A stretch of DNA of 64,000 bases. It comes from an uncultured Gammaproteobacteria bacterium. Its GTDB lineage: Bacteria; Pseudomonadota; Gammaproteobacteria; JAKDMP01. Numbering within the stretch: position 1 is the stretch's first letter; each line of letters begins with the position of its first letter. The DNA is taken from positions 60,877 through 124,876 of the forward strand of contig CAWJLN010000008.1 in the NCBI GenBank assembly GCA_963843735.1. Reading direction: 5' to 3'. A program made the position numbers and the translations under genes. The notes beneath the pieces were generated by a model that had not been told where the DNA came from, made no database searches, and was given only the letters and a program-made list of their open reading frames with translations. Positions 9,634-19,815 of this stretch are shown piece after piece.

Positions 9634-12363
9634 ATGCTCGGATACCTGGTAAAGCAAATCGCGGGAAGCCGCAACCAGCGCCTGTTGCGGCGCATCGGAC
9701 GCACCGTGGACGTCATCAATGCGCTGGAGCCCGATTTCCAGGCACTCTCCGACGAGGCTCTGGCGGCGAAGACCGGCGAGTTCCGCGCGCGTCTGGAGGC
9801 GGATGCGACGCTGGAAGACCTTCTGCCCGAAGCCTTTGCGGCCGTGCGCGAAGCGGCTCGGCGGCGGCTCGGACAGCGCCATTACGACGTCCAGCTGGTG
9901 GGTGGCGTGGTGCTCCACCGCGGAAAAATCGCCGAAATGGCGACCGGCGAAGGCAAAACCCTGGTCTCGACCCTGCCCGCGTATCTCAACGCGCTGCCGG
10001 GCAAGGGCGTGCATATCGTCACCGTCAACGAATACCTCGCCCAGCGTGACGCGGACTGGATGCGTCCGGTCTATGACGCCCTCGGACTCACGGTGGGCTT
10101 CAGCATTTCCGGGCAGACGCCGGAGGAGAAGCGCGCCGGCTACGCCTGCGACATCACCTATGGCACCAACAACGAATTCGGCTTTGATTACCTGCGCGAC
10201 AATCTTTCCTTTGCGCTCGAGGACCGGGTGCAGCGCGAACTCAGCTATGCGATCGTGGACGAGGTGGACTCGGTCCTGATAGACGAGGCGCGCACGCCGC
10301 TCATTATTTCCGGCGCCGCCGAGGAGGACGTTTCGCTCTACACGCGCGTGGATCGGCTGATCCCGCGGCTGAAGGCGCAGGAAGACAAGGACGCCGACGG
10401 CGATTTCCTGGTGGACGAGAAGCAGAAGCAGGTGCACCTGAGCGAAGAGGGTCACCAACACGTGGAGGAATTGCTGATCGGCGCCGGCATGCTCAAACAG
10501 GGCGACAGTCTTTACGCCGCGCACAACATGAATCTGATGCACCACATGAATGCGGCGCTGCGCGCGCATCATCTCTACAAGCGCGAAGTGGATTACATCG
10601 TGCGCGATGGCGAGGTGGTGATCGTGGACGAGTTCACCGGCCGCACCATGGAAGGACGGCGCTGGTCGGAAGGGCTGCACCAGGCGGTGGAGGCGAAGGA
10701 GGGTGCGCGCATCCAGGCCGAAAACCAGACCGTGGCCTCGATTACCTTCCAGAACTACTTCCGCATGTACGGCAAGCTCGCGGGCATGACCGGCACGGCG
10801 GATACCGAAGCCTACGAATTCCAGGACATCTACGGTCTCGAGGTCGTGGTCATCCCGACCAACAAGCCGATCGTGCGCGAGGACAACGCCGATCAGGTGT
10901 ATTTGAGTCAGGCCGAGAAATTCAATGCGATCATCGCCGATATCGAGGCCTGCCGCGAGCGCGGCCAGCCGGTGTTGGTGGGCACGACCTCGATTGACGT
11001 CTCCGAGTATCTCGCCGGTCTGCTGCGCAAGAAGAAAATCGTACACAACGTGCTCAACGCCAAGCAGCACGCGCGCGAAGCCGAGGTCATCGCCGAGGCG
11101 GGGCGTCCGGGTGCGGTGACGATCGCGACCAACATGGCCGGGCGCGGCACCGACATCGTGCTTGGCGGCAATCCCGACAAGGAACTCGAGGCGGCCGGAG
11201 ACGACGAGGCGAAACGTGCCGAAATCCGCGAACGCTGGCGCGAGCGCCACGAGCAGGTGATCGCGGCGGGCGGCCTGCACATCATCGGCACCGAGCGCCA
11301 CGAATCGCGGCGCGTGGACAATCAGCTCCGCGGCCGTTCCGGTCGTCAGGGCGACGCGGGTTCCAGCCGTTTTTATCTCTCGCTCGAAGACAACCTGATG
11401 CGCATCTTCGCCTCCGACAAGGTCAAGAGCATGATGGGGCGCCTCGGAATGAAAAAAGGCGAAGCGATTGAGCATCCCTGGGTCTCGAAGGCGATCGAGA
11501 ACGCGCAGCGCAAGGTCGAGGCGCACAACTACGACATCCGCAAACAGCTCCTCGACTACGACGACGTCGCCAACGATCAGCGCAAGATCGTCTATGCGGA
11601 ACGCGCCGATCTCATGTCCACCAAGGACGTTTCGCCGATGATCGCCCAGATGCGCAACGACGCGCTCGCCAACGTGCTCGACGAGTTCATTCCACCCGAC
11701 AGCGTGGAAGACATGTGGGACATCGGCGGCGCGGAAGACGCGCTCGAACGCGAGTTCGGCCTCAAGCTTCCCTTGCGCAAGTGGCTGGACGAAGAGAGCG
11801 ACCTGGACGAGGCGGGACTAAGAAGCCGCATAACGGGAGCCTTCGTCGAAGACTTTGCAAAAAAGGAGCAACAGGTCGGTGCCGAGGCGATGCGCCAGAT
11901 CGAAAAACAGGTGACGCTGGGCTTGCTCGACCAGACCTGGAAGGATCATCTCTCGGCTATGGATCATCTGCGCCAGGGCATACATCTGAGAAGCTACGCA
12001 CAGCAGGATCCCAAGCAGGCCTACAAGCGCGAAGCCTTCGCCATGTTTACCGAAATGCTGGAGCGTTACAAACTCGAAGTGACCAACTTCCTTGCCCGTG
12101 CGCAGGTGGAAACGCAGACCGACATGGACCGCATCGAGGCCGAGCGTCGGGCCGAGGCCGAACGCTACAGCTATCAGCATGCCGAAGCCGGCGCCGTGGC
12201 GGCGGGCGCCGGCGAGGCGGCGGAAGCCGCGGGCACGGCACCGCACGAGGCGCCCTTCGTACGCCAGGGACGCAAGGTGGGACGCAACGAACCCTGTCCC
12301 TGCGGCTCGGGACGGAAGTACAAGAATTGCCATGGAAGCCTCAATCAGCGCGCCGCCGGATGA
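9634..12363 (+). CDS. secA: Preprotein translocase ATPase SecA
   Basis: [35 protein letters not shown]-terminal [13 protein letters not shown]. Confidence 0.98.
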   Translation: MLGYLVKQIAGSRNQRLLRRIGRTVDVINALEPDFQALSDEALAAKTGEFRARLEADATLEDLLPEAFAAVREAARRRLGQRHYDVQLVGGVVLHRGKIAEMATGEGKTLVSTLPAYLNALPGKGVHIVTVNEYLAQRDADWMRPVYDALGLTVGFSISGQTPEEKRAGYACDITYGTNNEFGFDYLRDNLSFALEDRVQRELSYAIVDEVDSVLIDEARTPLIISGAAEEDVSLYTRVDRLIPRLKAQEDKDADGDFLVDEKQKQVHLSEEGHQHVEELLIGAGMLKQGDSLYAAHNMNLMHHMNAALRAHHLYKREVDYIVRDGEVVIVDEFTGRTMEGRRWSEGLHQAVEAKEGARIQAENQTVASITFQNYFRMYGKLAGMTGTADTEAYEFQDIYGLEVVVIPTNKPIVREDNADQVYLSQAEKFNAIIADIEACRERGQPVLVGTTSIDVSEYLAGLLRKKKIVHNVLNAKQHAREAEVIAEAGRPGAVTIATNMAGRGTDIVLGGNPDKELEAAGDDEAKRAEIRERWRERHEQVIAAGGLHIIGTERHESRRVDNQLRGRSGRQGDAGSSRFYLSLEDNLMRIFASDKVKSMMGRLGMKKGEAIEHPWVSKAIENAQRKVEAHNYDIRKQLLDYDDVANDQRKIVYAERADLMSTKDVSPMIAQMRNDALANVLDEFIPPDSVEDMWDIGGAEDALEREFGLKLPLRKWLDEESDLDEAGLRSRITGAFVEDFAKKEQQVGAEAMRQIEKQVTLGLLDQTWKDHLSAMDHLRQGIHLRSYAQQDPKQAYKREAFAMFTEMLERYKLEVTNFLARAQVETQTDMDRIEAERRAEAERYSYQHAEAGAVAAGAGEAAEAAGTAPHEAPFVRQGRKVGRNEPCPCGSGRKYKNCHGSLNQRAAG

Positions 12364-12373
12364 AACCTTTATT

Positions 12374-12410
12374 CCCTCTCTCTTGACGGGAGAGGGCCGG
12401 GGTGAGGGTG
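12374..12410. repeat. Single copy of palindromic repeat family B (CCCTCTCCC-loop-GGGAGAGGG-..GGGGTGAGGG)
   Basis: ccctctctcttgacgggagagggccggggtgagggtg just after the secA stop; matches copies at 28172, 32690, 35172 and 38918. Confidence 0.8.
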
Positions 12411-12547
12411 AAAAACATTAGCGCCATGCATGGTGCGCCTCAATCTTTAAACTCTATCTGACAGTCTATTCTTATGCTTTTTTGAAAATCGAGTGGCTTG
12501 GAGCGGTTCAGTTCGATTGAATTGCAATTTGAAACATTATGGCAAGT

Positions 12548-12840
12548 GCAAGCGCCTGAGAGCGCGGGGACTCGCCCCCGCACGGCGAGATACTTTCTTC
12601 GTGCGCACGAAGAAAGTATCCAAAGAAGGGCGCCCGAAGATGGCGCGCTTGCCTGAAACCGAATCGAAACCGATTCGGTTTCAGCCGCGTCCCCTCGCTG
12701 CTCGCCCGACTCGGAGCCGCGCACACGGGCCATCCATGGCCCGATGCGCGGGCTCGCCATCCCTGGCTCGCCCCACCCTGTGGGTGGGCTTTTTCCCGAG
12801 CCGGGCTGCGCGGCTCGGCGCCATCCAACGGGACAGGAAA
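12548..12840. repeat. ~290-nt multi-hairpin repeat, copy 1 (candidate structured ncRNA or MITE)
   Basis: Aligns end to end with the reverse complement of 61961-62250; several long stems. Confidence 0.85.
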
Positions 12841-12925
12841 GCCAAAGCGCTAACGCTCACTGACTCCCGGCTTCGCGGTTCGCCTACTCGAATTTCAATA
12901 GGGCGATTTTTGTGATTCTGCTTGC

Positions 12926-13873
12926 ATGTCATCGTTGAAGACGATTGAGGTTGCCGCCGGCGTGCTGCGGCGCGGCGATGGCAAAGTGCTCGTCGCCGAA
13001 CGTTCCGCGGAAAAAATCCTCTCGGGACAGCTCGAATTTCCCGGCGGCAAACTGCAAGCGGGCGAAACGCCCGAAGCGGCATTGACGCGGGAATTGCAGG
13101 AAGAGCTCGGCATCATCGAAGCACAGGCGATGCCACTGATCCGTTTCGAGCACGCCTATCCCGGCTTTCGCGCGCGCGTACATCTTTATTCCGTTGTCTC
13201 CTGGCGCGGCGAACCGCAGGGCCGGGAGGGGCAGCGTCTGCTGTGGGCGAGCACGCAGGAACTTCGCGATCTGCCTTTGCTGTCCGCGAATCGTCCGGCC
13301 CTTGCGGCGCTTGAATTGCCGGCAACGCTTGCGATTGTTTCCGAACCGCCGCAGGCCGATCCCGAAGGCTTTCGCCGCCGTTTCGAGCGGACATTGGCGA
13401 ACGATAGAGTCGGTGGCGCGATTCTGCGCCTGCGCAATTCGTCGCTTCCGGGTGCTCTCGCATCCGTACTTGCAAGCGCCGCTCTTGCGCACGGGAAAAT
13501 CCTGCTGCTGAATACCGGGATGGTGATGGAGCCGCCGCCGGGATTTTCTGGATTGCATATTCCTGCCGTCGTACTCGCCGGGCTCGACAGGCGTCCCGCC
13601 GTTGCCGGTTGGATAGGCGCTTCCGTACACAACATCGAAGAGGCGGCACGGGCGCGCAGACTCGGACTCGACTACGTGATTGCCGGCAGCGTGCGCGAGA
13701 CGCCCTCGCATCCGGGCATCGATCCGCTCGGCTGGAACGGCTTCGAAAAGATCGCTGCCGCCGCCGGCATTCCGACCTACGCAATCGGCGGCATGACGCC
13801 GGCGGATTTAGCGCAAGTGCAAGCGCACTGGGGTCAGGGCATCGCCGCCATCCGCGCCTTCCAGGCCGATTGA
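12926..13873 (+). CDS. mutT: MutT-type Nudix hydrolase fused to a thiamine-phosphate-synthase-like domain
   Basis: EFPGGKLQAGETPEAALTRELQEELGI Nudix box; C-terminal GASVH..EA, TPSHP, YAIGG. Confidence 0.88.
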   Translation: MSSLKTIEVAAGVLRRGDGKVLVAERSAEKILSGQLEFPGGKLQAGETPEAALTRELQEELGIIEAQAMPLIRFEHAYPGFRARVHLYSVVSWRGEPQGREGQRLLWASTQELRDLPLLSANRPALAALELPATLAIVSEPPQADPEGFRRRFERTLANDRVGGAILRLRNSSLPGALASVLASAALAHGKILLLNTGMVMEPPPGFSGLHIPAVVLAGLDRRPAVAGWIGASVHNIEEAARARRLGLDYVIAGSVRETPSHPGIDPLGWNGFEKIAAAAGIPTYAIGGMTPADLAQVQAHWGQGIAAIRAFQAD

Positions 13874-13918
13874 CTCGATAAGCCCGCGGATGTCACGCAA
13901 CGATGCGGCTTGCGTCTT

Positions 13919-14728
13919 TCAGAGCCGACAGACGGCAAGCGTGAAGGCAACGTCGCGGCGCATCGTTTCGGGCCGGGTTTCGACGTCGCTCCAGCGCTGA
14001 AACTGGATGGTCACGCGATGCTTGCCGGCGCTTACCTGCGGGAACAGTCGCTGCGCGACGGGCAGGATGATGCGCAGCAGCGCGGGCGGGTTCTCCGAAG
14101 GCGGCAAGTATTCGTAGATGCCGCCGACCGCGACTACCGGTTGCGGCTCGGCAGCTTCGCGGATATGGCGCAGCAACACCGCCAGCGCTTCCTCCACCGG
14201 CGCGAGTTCCTTCATCCAGCGTGCTATTTCGCCCTCGCGTTCCGCTGGCGGCCGCGCAAGCCAGCAGTGGAGTGCGGGCAGATCGAAGGCGCAGGTTCCG
14301 CCCGGGATGGTGCTGCGGCTGCGCACCGAGGCGAGAAACTCATTGCTCTTGAGGTTTTGTCCCAGCCGCTCGGGCAGGGTTTCGATGGTTTGCTGCACCT
14401 GTTCGAGCGTGTACAGCGCCTGGTTGAGCCGGGTCGAGTCCACGTCGGCGCTGTCCGCTATGTGCCCGAGAAAGACCCGCTGGCGATCGAGTTCCGTGAG
14501 TATTTCGCGCTTGAGTTCGCCGCGCTCGGTGAGAGCGGCGAGTTCGAGCAGGCTGGCGAGTGCTGCCCGGCCGCTCGCGGGCGATGTTTGTGTCATCCGC
14601 TCGCGGGTTTCGGCGAGCACCGCCTCCATGCGCAAAAAGCTCCGCATCCGCTCGGCAAGCGGATGTTCGAAAACGAGTTCCCCGGCCGGATCGGAATGTG
14701 GATGCGGGGCGGATTTGGAGAGTCCCAT
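13919..14728 (-). CDS. zapD: Cell division protein ZapD
   Basis: FEHPLAERMRSFLRME, IPGGTCAFDLP, PQVSAGKHR; downstream of coaE. Confidence 0.92.
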   Translation of the reverse strand: MGLSKSAPHPHSDPAGELVFEHPLAERMRSFLRMEAVLAETRERMTQTSPASGRAALASLLELAALTERGELKREILTELDRQRVFLGHIADSADVDSTRLNQALYTLEQVQQTIETLPERLGQNLKSNEFLASVRSRSTIPGGTCAFDLPALHCWLARPPAEREGEIARWMKELAPVEEALAVLLRHIREAAEPQPVVAVGGIYEYLPPSENPPALLRIILPVAQRLFPQVSAGKHRVTIQFQRWSDVETRPETMRRDVAFTLAVCRL

Positions 14729-14814
14729 GCCCGGATTCTAACGTAGGCGCGAACTTGCCCGTGATCGGCCCCGGGTTGAGGAGGCTCCGATTGATTCGCG
14801 TTTGCCCCGCGGTG

Positions 14815-14862
14815 CGTCATTCCGGGGCCGCCCGCAGGGCAGAACCCGGAATCTTTCCGCAA
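14815..14862 (+). repeat. Palindromic repeat family D, copy 1
   Basis: cgtcattccggggccgcccgcagggcagaacccggaatctttccgcaa; 43/48 identical to 19402-19449. Confidence 0.8.
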
Positions 14863-14903
14863 CGAAGACGCCGCATCGGTAACGTTGCGGCGGCATCGGG
14901 AGT

Positions 14904-15491
14904 TCAGTGCTTCAGATAGGCTTCGTGCAGCGCACGGACTTGCGTGTCGAGGCGATCGAGATCGGCATCGTTTTCGATTACGTCGTCGGCGGCGGCGAGC
15001 CGCGCACTGCGGTCCGCTTGTGCCGCAATCATGGCGCGGGCGCTTGCCTCCGTTTCGCCGTCGCGCGCTTTGAGACGCGCAATTTGCAATGTCTCGGGGC
15101 AATCCACAACCAGTACGCGATCCATCTCTCCTGCCATGTCCGTTTCGACGAGCAGCGGCACGACGACGATCACGTAGGGCGCGCGAAGTGTGGCCAGCCG
15201 TTCGGCGAGCAGCGCGCGTACACGCGGATGCACGATCGCTTCCAACGCCTTGCGTGCCTCCGGGTCTTCAAATACGCGGCGACGTAGCCGTGTGCGATCC
15301 AGCGCGCCGTTCGCATCGAGATAGCCGCGGCCGAAGACTTCGATTGCGAGGGTCAGGCCTTCGCTGCCTGGCGCAAGCGCCTCACGCGCGAGTTCGTCGC
15401 TGTCAATGACGGGGACGCCGAGCGCGGCGAACGCGCGGGCGACTTCGGATTTACCGCTTGCGACACCGCCCGTGAGCCCGACCGTGAGCAT
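14904..15491 (-). CDS. coaE: Dephospho-CoA kinase
   Basis: MLTVGLTGGVASGKS P-loop, LEAIVHP, VPLLVE; start set at 15491. Confidence 0.95.
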   Translation of the reverse strand: MLTVGLTGGVASGKSEVARAFAALGVPVIDSDELAREALAPGSEGLTLAIEVFGRGYLDANGALDRTRLRRRVFEDPEARKALEAIVHPRVRALLAERLATLRAPYVIVVVPLLVETDMAGEMDRVLVVDCPETLQIARLKARDGETEASARAMIAAQADRSARLAAADDVIENDADLDRLDTQVRALHEAYLKH

Positions 15492-15493
15492 GC

Positions 15494-16345
15494 TCAGGGG
15501 CCGGGATACAGCGAGGCGATCCAGATTTGCTCGATCGCCGGGCCGGCGAGCAGCGCAAGCAATCCGCCGGCGGCGAGGAAGGGTCCGAAGGGTACGGGAT
15601 GATTGCGGCCTCGCCGCGCAAGCAGCAGCCAGCTGCCGCCGATGAGGATGCCGACCAGGGCCGCGGCGAGTACGATCAGCGGCAGCATGCGCCAGCCCAT
15701 CCAGGCGCCGAGCGCGGCCAGCAGTTTGAAGTCGCCGTGGCCGAGTCCTTCCTTGCCGGTCGCGAGCCGGAAGGCCTGATACACGATCCACAGTACGAGA
15801 TAACCCGCCACCGCGCCGATCAGCGCCTGGGCGAGCGGAACGTAGGTCGCGAAAAGATTGAACAGCAAGCCCGTCCAGATCAGCGGCAGAGTGAGAGTGT
15901 CGGGCAGAAGGAAATGATCGAGATCAATGACCGCGGCGGCGATCAGGGTCCAGGCAAGCAGCAGCGCGCCGGCGCAGGCGGGCGTCGCACCAAAGCGCCA
16001 GGCGATGACGACGGAAACCGCCGCCGTAAGGAGTTCCACCAGCGGATAGCGTAGGCTGATTTTCGTCTTGCAGCCGGCACAGCGTCCGCCGAGCGCAAGC
16101 CAGGAGAGCACCGGGACGTTTTCCCAGGGCCGGATTTTGTGTCCGCAGTGTGGGCAGGTCGAGGCCGGAACGACAAGGTTATAGCGTTCGGCGACAGGTG
16201 CTTCGGTGCCGGCGAGCTCGGCACATTCGCTGCGCCAGCGCCGCTCCAGCATGCTCGGCAGCCGATAGATGACGACGTTCAGGAAGCTCCCGACCACCAG
16301 GCCGACGATTGCCGCGGCCGCGAGCAGAGTGGCGCCGGTTAACAC
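15494..16345 (-). CDS. pilD: Prepilin peptidase / N-methyltransferase
   Basis: GSFLNVVIYRLP, CPHC..CAGC zinc motif, GLGHGDFKL, PFGPFLA. Confidence 0.96.
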   Translation of the reverse strand: MLTGATLLAAAAIVGLVVGSFLNVVIYRLPSMLERRWRSECAELAGTEAPVAERYNLVVPASTCPHCGHKIRPWENVPVLSWLALGGRCAGCKTKISLRYPLVELLTAAVSVVIAWRFGATPACAGALLLAWTLIAAAVIDLDHFLLPDTLTLPLIWTGLLFNLFATYVPLAQALIGAVAGYLVLWIVYQAFRLATGKEGLGHGDFKLLAALGAWMGWRMLPLIVLAAALVGILIGGSWLLLARRGRNHPVPFGPFLAAGGLLALLAGPAIEQIWIASLYPGP

Positions 16346-16353
16346 CGAACGGA

Positions 16354-17559
16354 TCAGACGATGTTGCCGAGGTTGAAGATCGGCAGATACATGGCGATCA
16401 CGAGGCCGCCCACAATCACGCCGAGCACCACCATGATGATGGGTTCGAGCAACGAGCTCAATCCATCCACCAGGGTATCCACCTCTTCCTCGTAGAACTC
16501 CGCGACCTTCGAGGCCATGATCTCCACTTCGCCGGATTCCTCGCCGATGGCGATCATCTGTGTAACCGTGTTCGGGAAGATCGCGGTTTCCTCAAGGGCG
16601 CGATGAATGCGCTGACCGCCCGCTACCTGCACGTTGGCCCGCATCACCGCTTCCTCGTAAACGACGTTGCCGGTGGAGCGGGCGACCGTTTCCAGCGCAT
16701 CGGTGATCGGCACGCCGGCGGCGAAGGTGATGGCAAGCGTGCGCGCAAAACGGGCCACGGCCGATTTCTTCATAATCAGCCCGATGACCGGCAGTTTCAG
16801 CAGTATCCGGTCCGTGAACCGATGGAAGTTGCGCGAGCGCTTGCGCGCACGTGCGATCACAACGATGATTGCGATGAAGATCAGCAGATACAGCCAACCC
16901 AGATGCTGTACCGATTTGGAAAGGTCGATGACCCAGCGCGTAAACGCGGGAAGCGTCGCGCCGAAGCTGCCGTAGAAACTCTGGAACTTCGGAATCACAA
17001 ACACCAGCAGAATGCCGGTAACGAGAATGGCGGCGATCACCACGGCGGTCGGATAAAAGAGCGCTTTCTTGACCTTGCGCTTGAGGGCTTCGGTCTTTTC
17101 CTTGTAGGTGGCGACGCGATTGAGCAACTCTTCCAGTTGGCCGGACTGCTCGCCCGTCGCCACCATGCTGACGTAGAGTTCGTCGAAGTATTTCGGGTAC
17201 TTGGCGAGCGACTGCGAAAGCGAAACGCCTGCACCGATGTCGTCGCGCACGCCGAAGACGAGTCAACGCATGCGCTCGTTGTCATGGCCTTGGCCGATGA
17301 TGTCGAAGGCCTGCACTACCGGTACGCCGGCGGCGAGCATGGTCGCCAACTGGCGGCTGAAGTAGGCGATGTCGCCCGGCTTGATGCGTTTACCGCGGCC
17401 GCTTGCCTCGCGCCGCACGCGGGTTGGCGCGACGCCGCGTCGGCGCAGTTCCGCACGCGCAAGCGTCAGCGTTGCCGCCGCGACACGCCCGCTCTGGCGA
17501 TGACCGCGGCGGTCGCGGCCTTCCCACAGCCAATGGGTTTCTTTTGTCGTGCTTGCCAT
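16354..17559 (-). pseudogene. pilC: Type IV pilus platform protein PilC interrupted by one in-frame TGA at 17263-17265
   Basis: ORFs 17263-17559 and 16354-17250 share a frame: ..NERMR*LVFGVRDDIGAG..; GEQSG, GEESG, AMYLPIF motifs. Confidence 0.75.
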
Positions 17560-19292
17560 CAGTCGATCGTCACCCGATGGATTTCGTCCAGACTCGTGAT
17601 GCCGGCTTTTGCCTTGGCAAGCCCAGTGCGACGCATGTCCCAGACACCGGCGGCGCGCGCAATGCCGGCGATTTCGACGTCGTCCGCGCCGCGCATGAAG
17701 GCCTGTTCCATCTCCTCGGTGACCGGCATCACCTCGAAAATACCCGTACGTCCGCGGTAGCCGTTATTGCATTGGGAGCAGCCCTTGGGGCCGTAGATTT
17801 TGAATCCCGCGTCCAGTTCCTCCGCCGTGTAGCCTTCCTTTTCCAGCGCTTCGCGCGGGATGTCGAGCGGCTTGCGGCAATGCTGGCAAAGGGTGCGCAC
17901 CAGGCGCTGGGCGATGATCAGATGCACGCTGGAGGCGATGGAATAGAGCGGCAGGCCGATGTCGCGCAGGCGCGTGAGTGTCTTTGGTGCGTCGTTCGTG
18001 TGCAGGGTGGAGAGCACCAGATGGCCGGTCTGGGCCGCCTTCACGGCGATTTCCGCCGTTTCCAGATCGCGGATTTCGCCCACCAGGATCACGTCGGGAT
18101 CCTGGCGCAGGAAGGCGCGCAGGGCATCGGCGAAGTTGAGGCCGATGCGCGGGTTCACGTTGAGCTGGTTGATGCCGTAAAGTTGGATTTCGACCGGATC
18201 CTCAGCGGTGGAGATATTGCGTTCCGGCACGTTGAGCGTCTGCACTGCCGTATATAGCGTTATGGTCTTGCCGCTTCCGGTCGGGCCGGTGACCAGTATC
18301 ATGCCGTTCGGGCGGTCGAGTGCAGAGAGAAAAAGCTCTTTCTGGAACGGCTCGAAGCCGAGTGCCTCGACACCCAGCCCGGCGCTTGCGGGATCGAGCA
18401 GGCGCAGCACTACCTTCTCGCCCCAGGCGGTGGGGATCGTGCTCACGCGGAAATCCATCGTCCGACCGCCGGAAATCTTGAGCTTGGTACGCCCGTCCTG
18501 AGGCTTGCGCCGTTCCGCCACGTCGAGGCGCGAGAGAACCTTGAGGCGCGCGGAGAGCTTTTCCGAGAGCGCCGCCGGCGGGTTCGCCACCTGCTGCAGC
18601 ACGCCGTCCACCCGCATGCGCACCCGATAGGATTTTTCGAAGGGCTCGAAGTGGATGTCCGAGGCGCCGCGGTGCACGGCATCAAGCATGATCTTGCGGA
18701 TGAAGCGCACCACCGGCGCATCGTCGTTGTCCGGCGCCTGCGACACGGGCGCTGCGCCTGTCTCCTCGTCCTCGGCTTCCAGCGTGACGTCGGCGAGATC
18801 GTCGAGTTCGGAATCTTCATCCAGCGCGTTCATGCTGGTATCAATGGCCTGGGCGATCAAGTCCAGGTGACGAGCGAGTTTGTCCTCCTCGCAGATGATC
18901 GGCTCCACGTTGAAGCCGGTGTTGAACTTGATCTCGTCCAGGCCCTGGAAATCGGTGGGATCGGAAACGGCGACATAGAGACGTTTGCCGCGGCGGAAGA
19001 AGGGGATAGCGTGATGTGTGCGAATCGAGGCCTCGCCCGCCGCGCGGGCTGCATCCAGATCAATCTGCACCGCGTCCAGATCGAGCAGCGGCAGGCTGAA
19101 CTCCTCGGCGATGGCACGGGCGAGCGGGCCGGGCGCTACGATTTCCTCGCGCACCAGGTAACTCACGAAATGCTGCCTGGCCTTGCGGCTTGCGCTCAGG
19201 GCGGCGTTCGTTTGCTCCTCATCGAGCATGCCGCTCTTTACCAGGTGGCGGGCAAGCCCGGTGAGCCGCATCTGTTCGGCTGTGCTGGCCAT
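17559..19292 (-). CDS. pilB: Type IV pilus assembly ATPase PilB
   Basis: GPTGSGKT, TAEDPVE, LRQDPD, TGHLVLSTLHTND, CxxC pairs. Confidence 0.97.
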   Translation of the reverse strand: MASTAEQMRLTGLARHLVKSGMLDEEQTNAALSASRKARQHFVSYLVREEIVAPGPLARAIAEEFSLPLLDLDAVQIDLDAARAAGEASIRTHHAIPFFRRGKRLYVAVSDPTDFQGLDEIKFNTGFNVEPIICEEDKLARHLDLIAQAIDTSMNALDEDSELDDLADVTLEAEDEETGAAPVSQAPDNDDAPVVRFIRKIMLDAVHRGASDIHFEPFEKSYRVRMRVDGVLQQVANPPAALSEKLSARLKVLSRLDVAERRKPQDGRTKLKISGGRTMDFRVSTIPTAWGEKVVLRLLDPASAGLGVEALGFEPFQKELFLSALDRPNGMILVTGPTGSGKTITLYTAVQTLNVPERNISTAEDPVEIQLYGINQLNVNPRIGLNFADALRAFLRQDPDVILVGEIRDLETAEIAVKAAQTGHLVLSTLHTNDAPKTLTRLRDIGLPLYSIASSVHLIIAQRLVRTLCQHCRKPLDIPREALEKEGYTAEELDAGFKIYGPKGCSQCNNGYRGRTGIFEVMPVTEEMEQAFMRGADDVEIAGIARAAGVWDMRRTGLAKAKAGITSLDEIHRVTID

Positions 19293-19401
19293 GAATCGCC
19301 GAAGATCGTACCTCAGCCTACTTTAGACGAAAATAGCGGCGAGCGAAAGGGCAAAGCCCCGTATTTTCGGGCGCTTGCCTCCTGTTTCCGATATTTTTCC
19401 T

Positions 19402-19449
19402 CGTCGTTCCGGGGCCGCCTGCAGGGCGGAGCCCGGAATCTTCCCGCAA
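19402..19449 (+). repeat. Palindromic repeat family D, copy 2 (degenerate inverted partner at ~19490-19525)
   Basis: cgtcgttccggggccgcctgcagggcggagcccggaatcttcccgcaa. Confidence 0.78.
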
Positions 19450-19540
19450 AAGGCCCCCGGCGCCGAACGCTATCGCCTTCGCACGGTCAGATTCCGGATC
19501 GCCGCTGTGCGATGTCCGCAATAACTTGCCGCGCCGCATA

Positions 19541-19570
19541 TGATATAGTGTTTTGGTGCTAATTCACCAT
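19541..19570 (+). promoter_or_regulatory. Putative TA operon promoter and operator
   Basis: TGaTATAGT extended -10 followed by inverted repeat TGGTG-ctaatt-CACCA just before the antitoxin ATG. Confidence 0.45.
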
Positions 19571-19578
19571 TTTGAACC

Positions 19579-19815
19579 ATGAGTCGTTTGACAATTACGC
19601 TCTCCGAAACCCGTTATCGTGCACTCAAGGAAGCTTCTGCGCGCCGTTCCAAGACGATCGGGCAACTGATTGACGAAAGCCTGGAGTTTTATGGCATCAA
19701 AACTCGCGACGAAGCGCGCAATCTGGTGCGACGTGCACGAGCGCACAGCGGGCTGACCGAGGCGCAAGCGCAAAAGCTTGCCAATGAGCAGGTGCGCGCA
19801 GCCCGTCAGTCGTGA
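19579..19815 (+). CDS. CopG/ribbon-helix-helix antitoxin
   Basis: 78 aa, MSRLTITLSETRYRALK RHH pattern; overlaps the PIN gene start. Confidence 0.8.
   Translation: MSRLTITLSETRYRALKEASARRSKTIGQLIDESLEFYGIKTRDEARNLVRRARAHSGLTEAQAQKLANEQVRAARQS

Noticed and set aside
9571-11526. Long antisense ORFs (also 39625-41982, 41990-43354, 50354-51883, 55347-56915, 57897-59546)
   Set aside because: Shadows of real genes caused by high-GC codon bias; no recognisable motifs
12493-12915. ORFs over the 290-nt repeats (also 61643-62197)
   Set aside because: Substitutions between copies preserve base pairing, and ORF boundaries are not shared, so coding function is unlikely
17263-17265. Selenocysteine or alternative genetic code at the pilC TGA
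   Set aside because: Many genes here end in TGA, the position is not a plausible catalytic Cys, and I see no convincing SECIS
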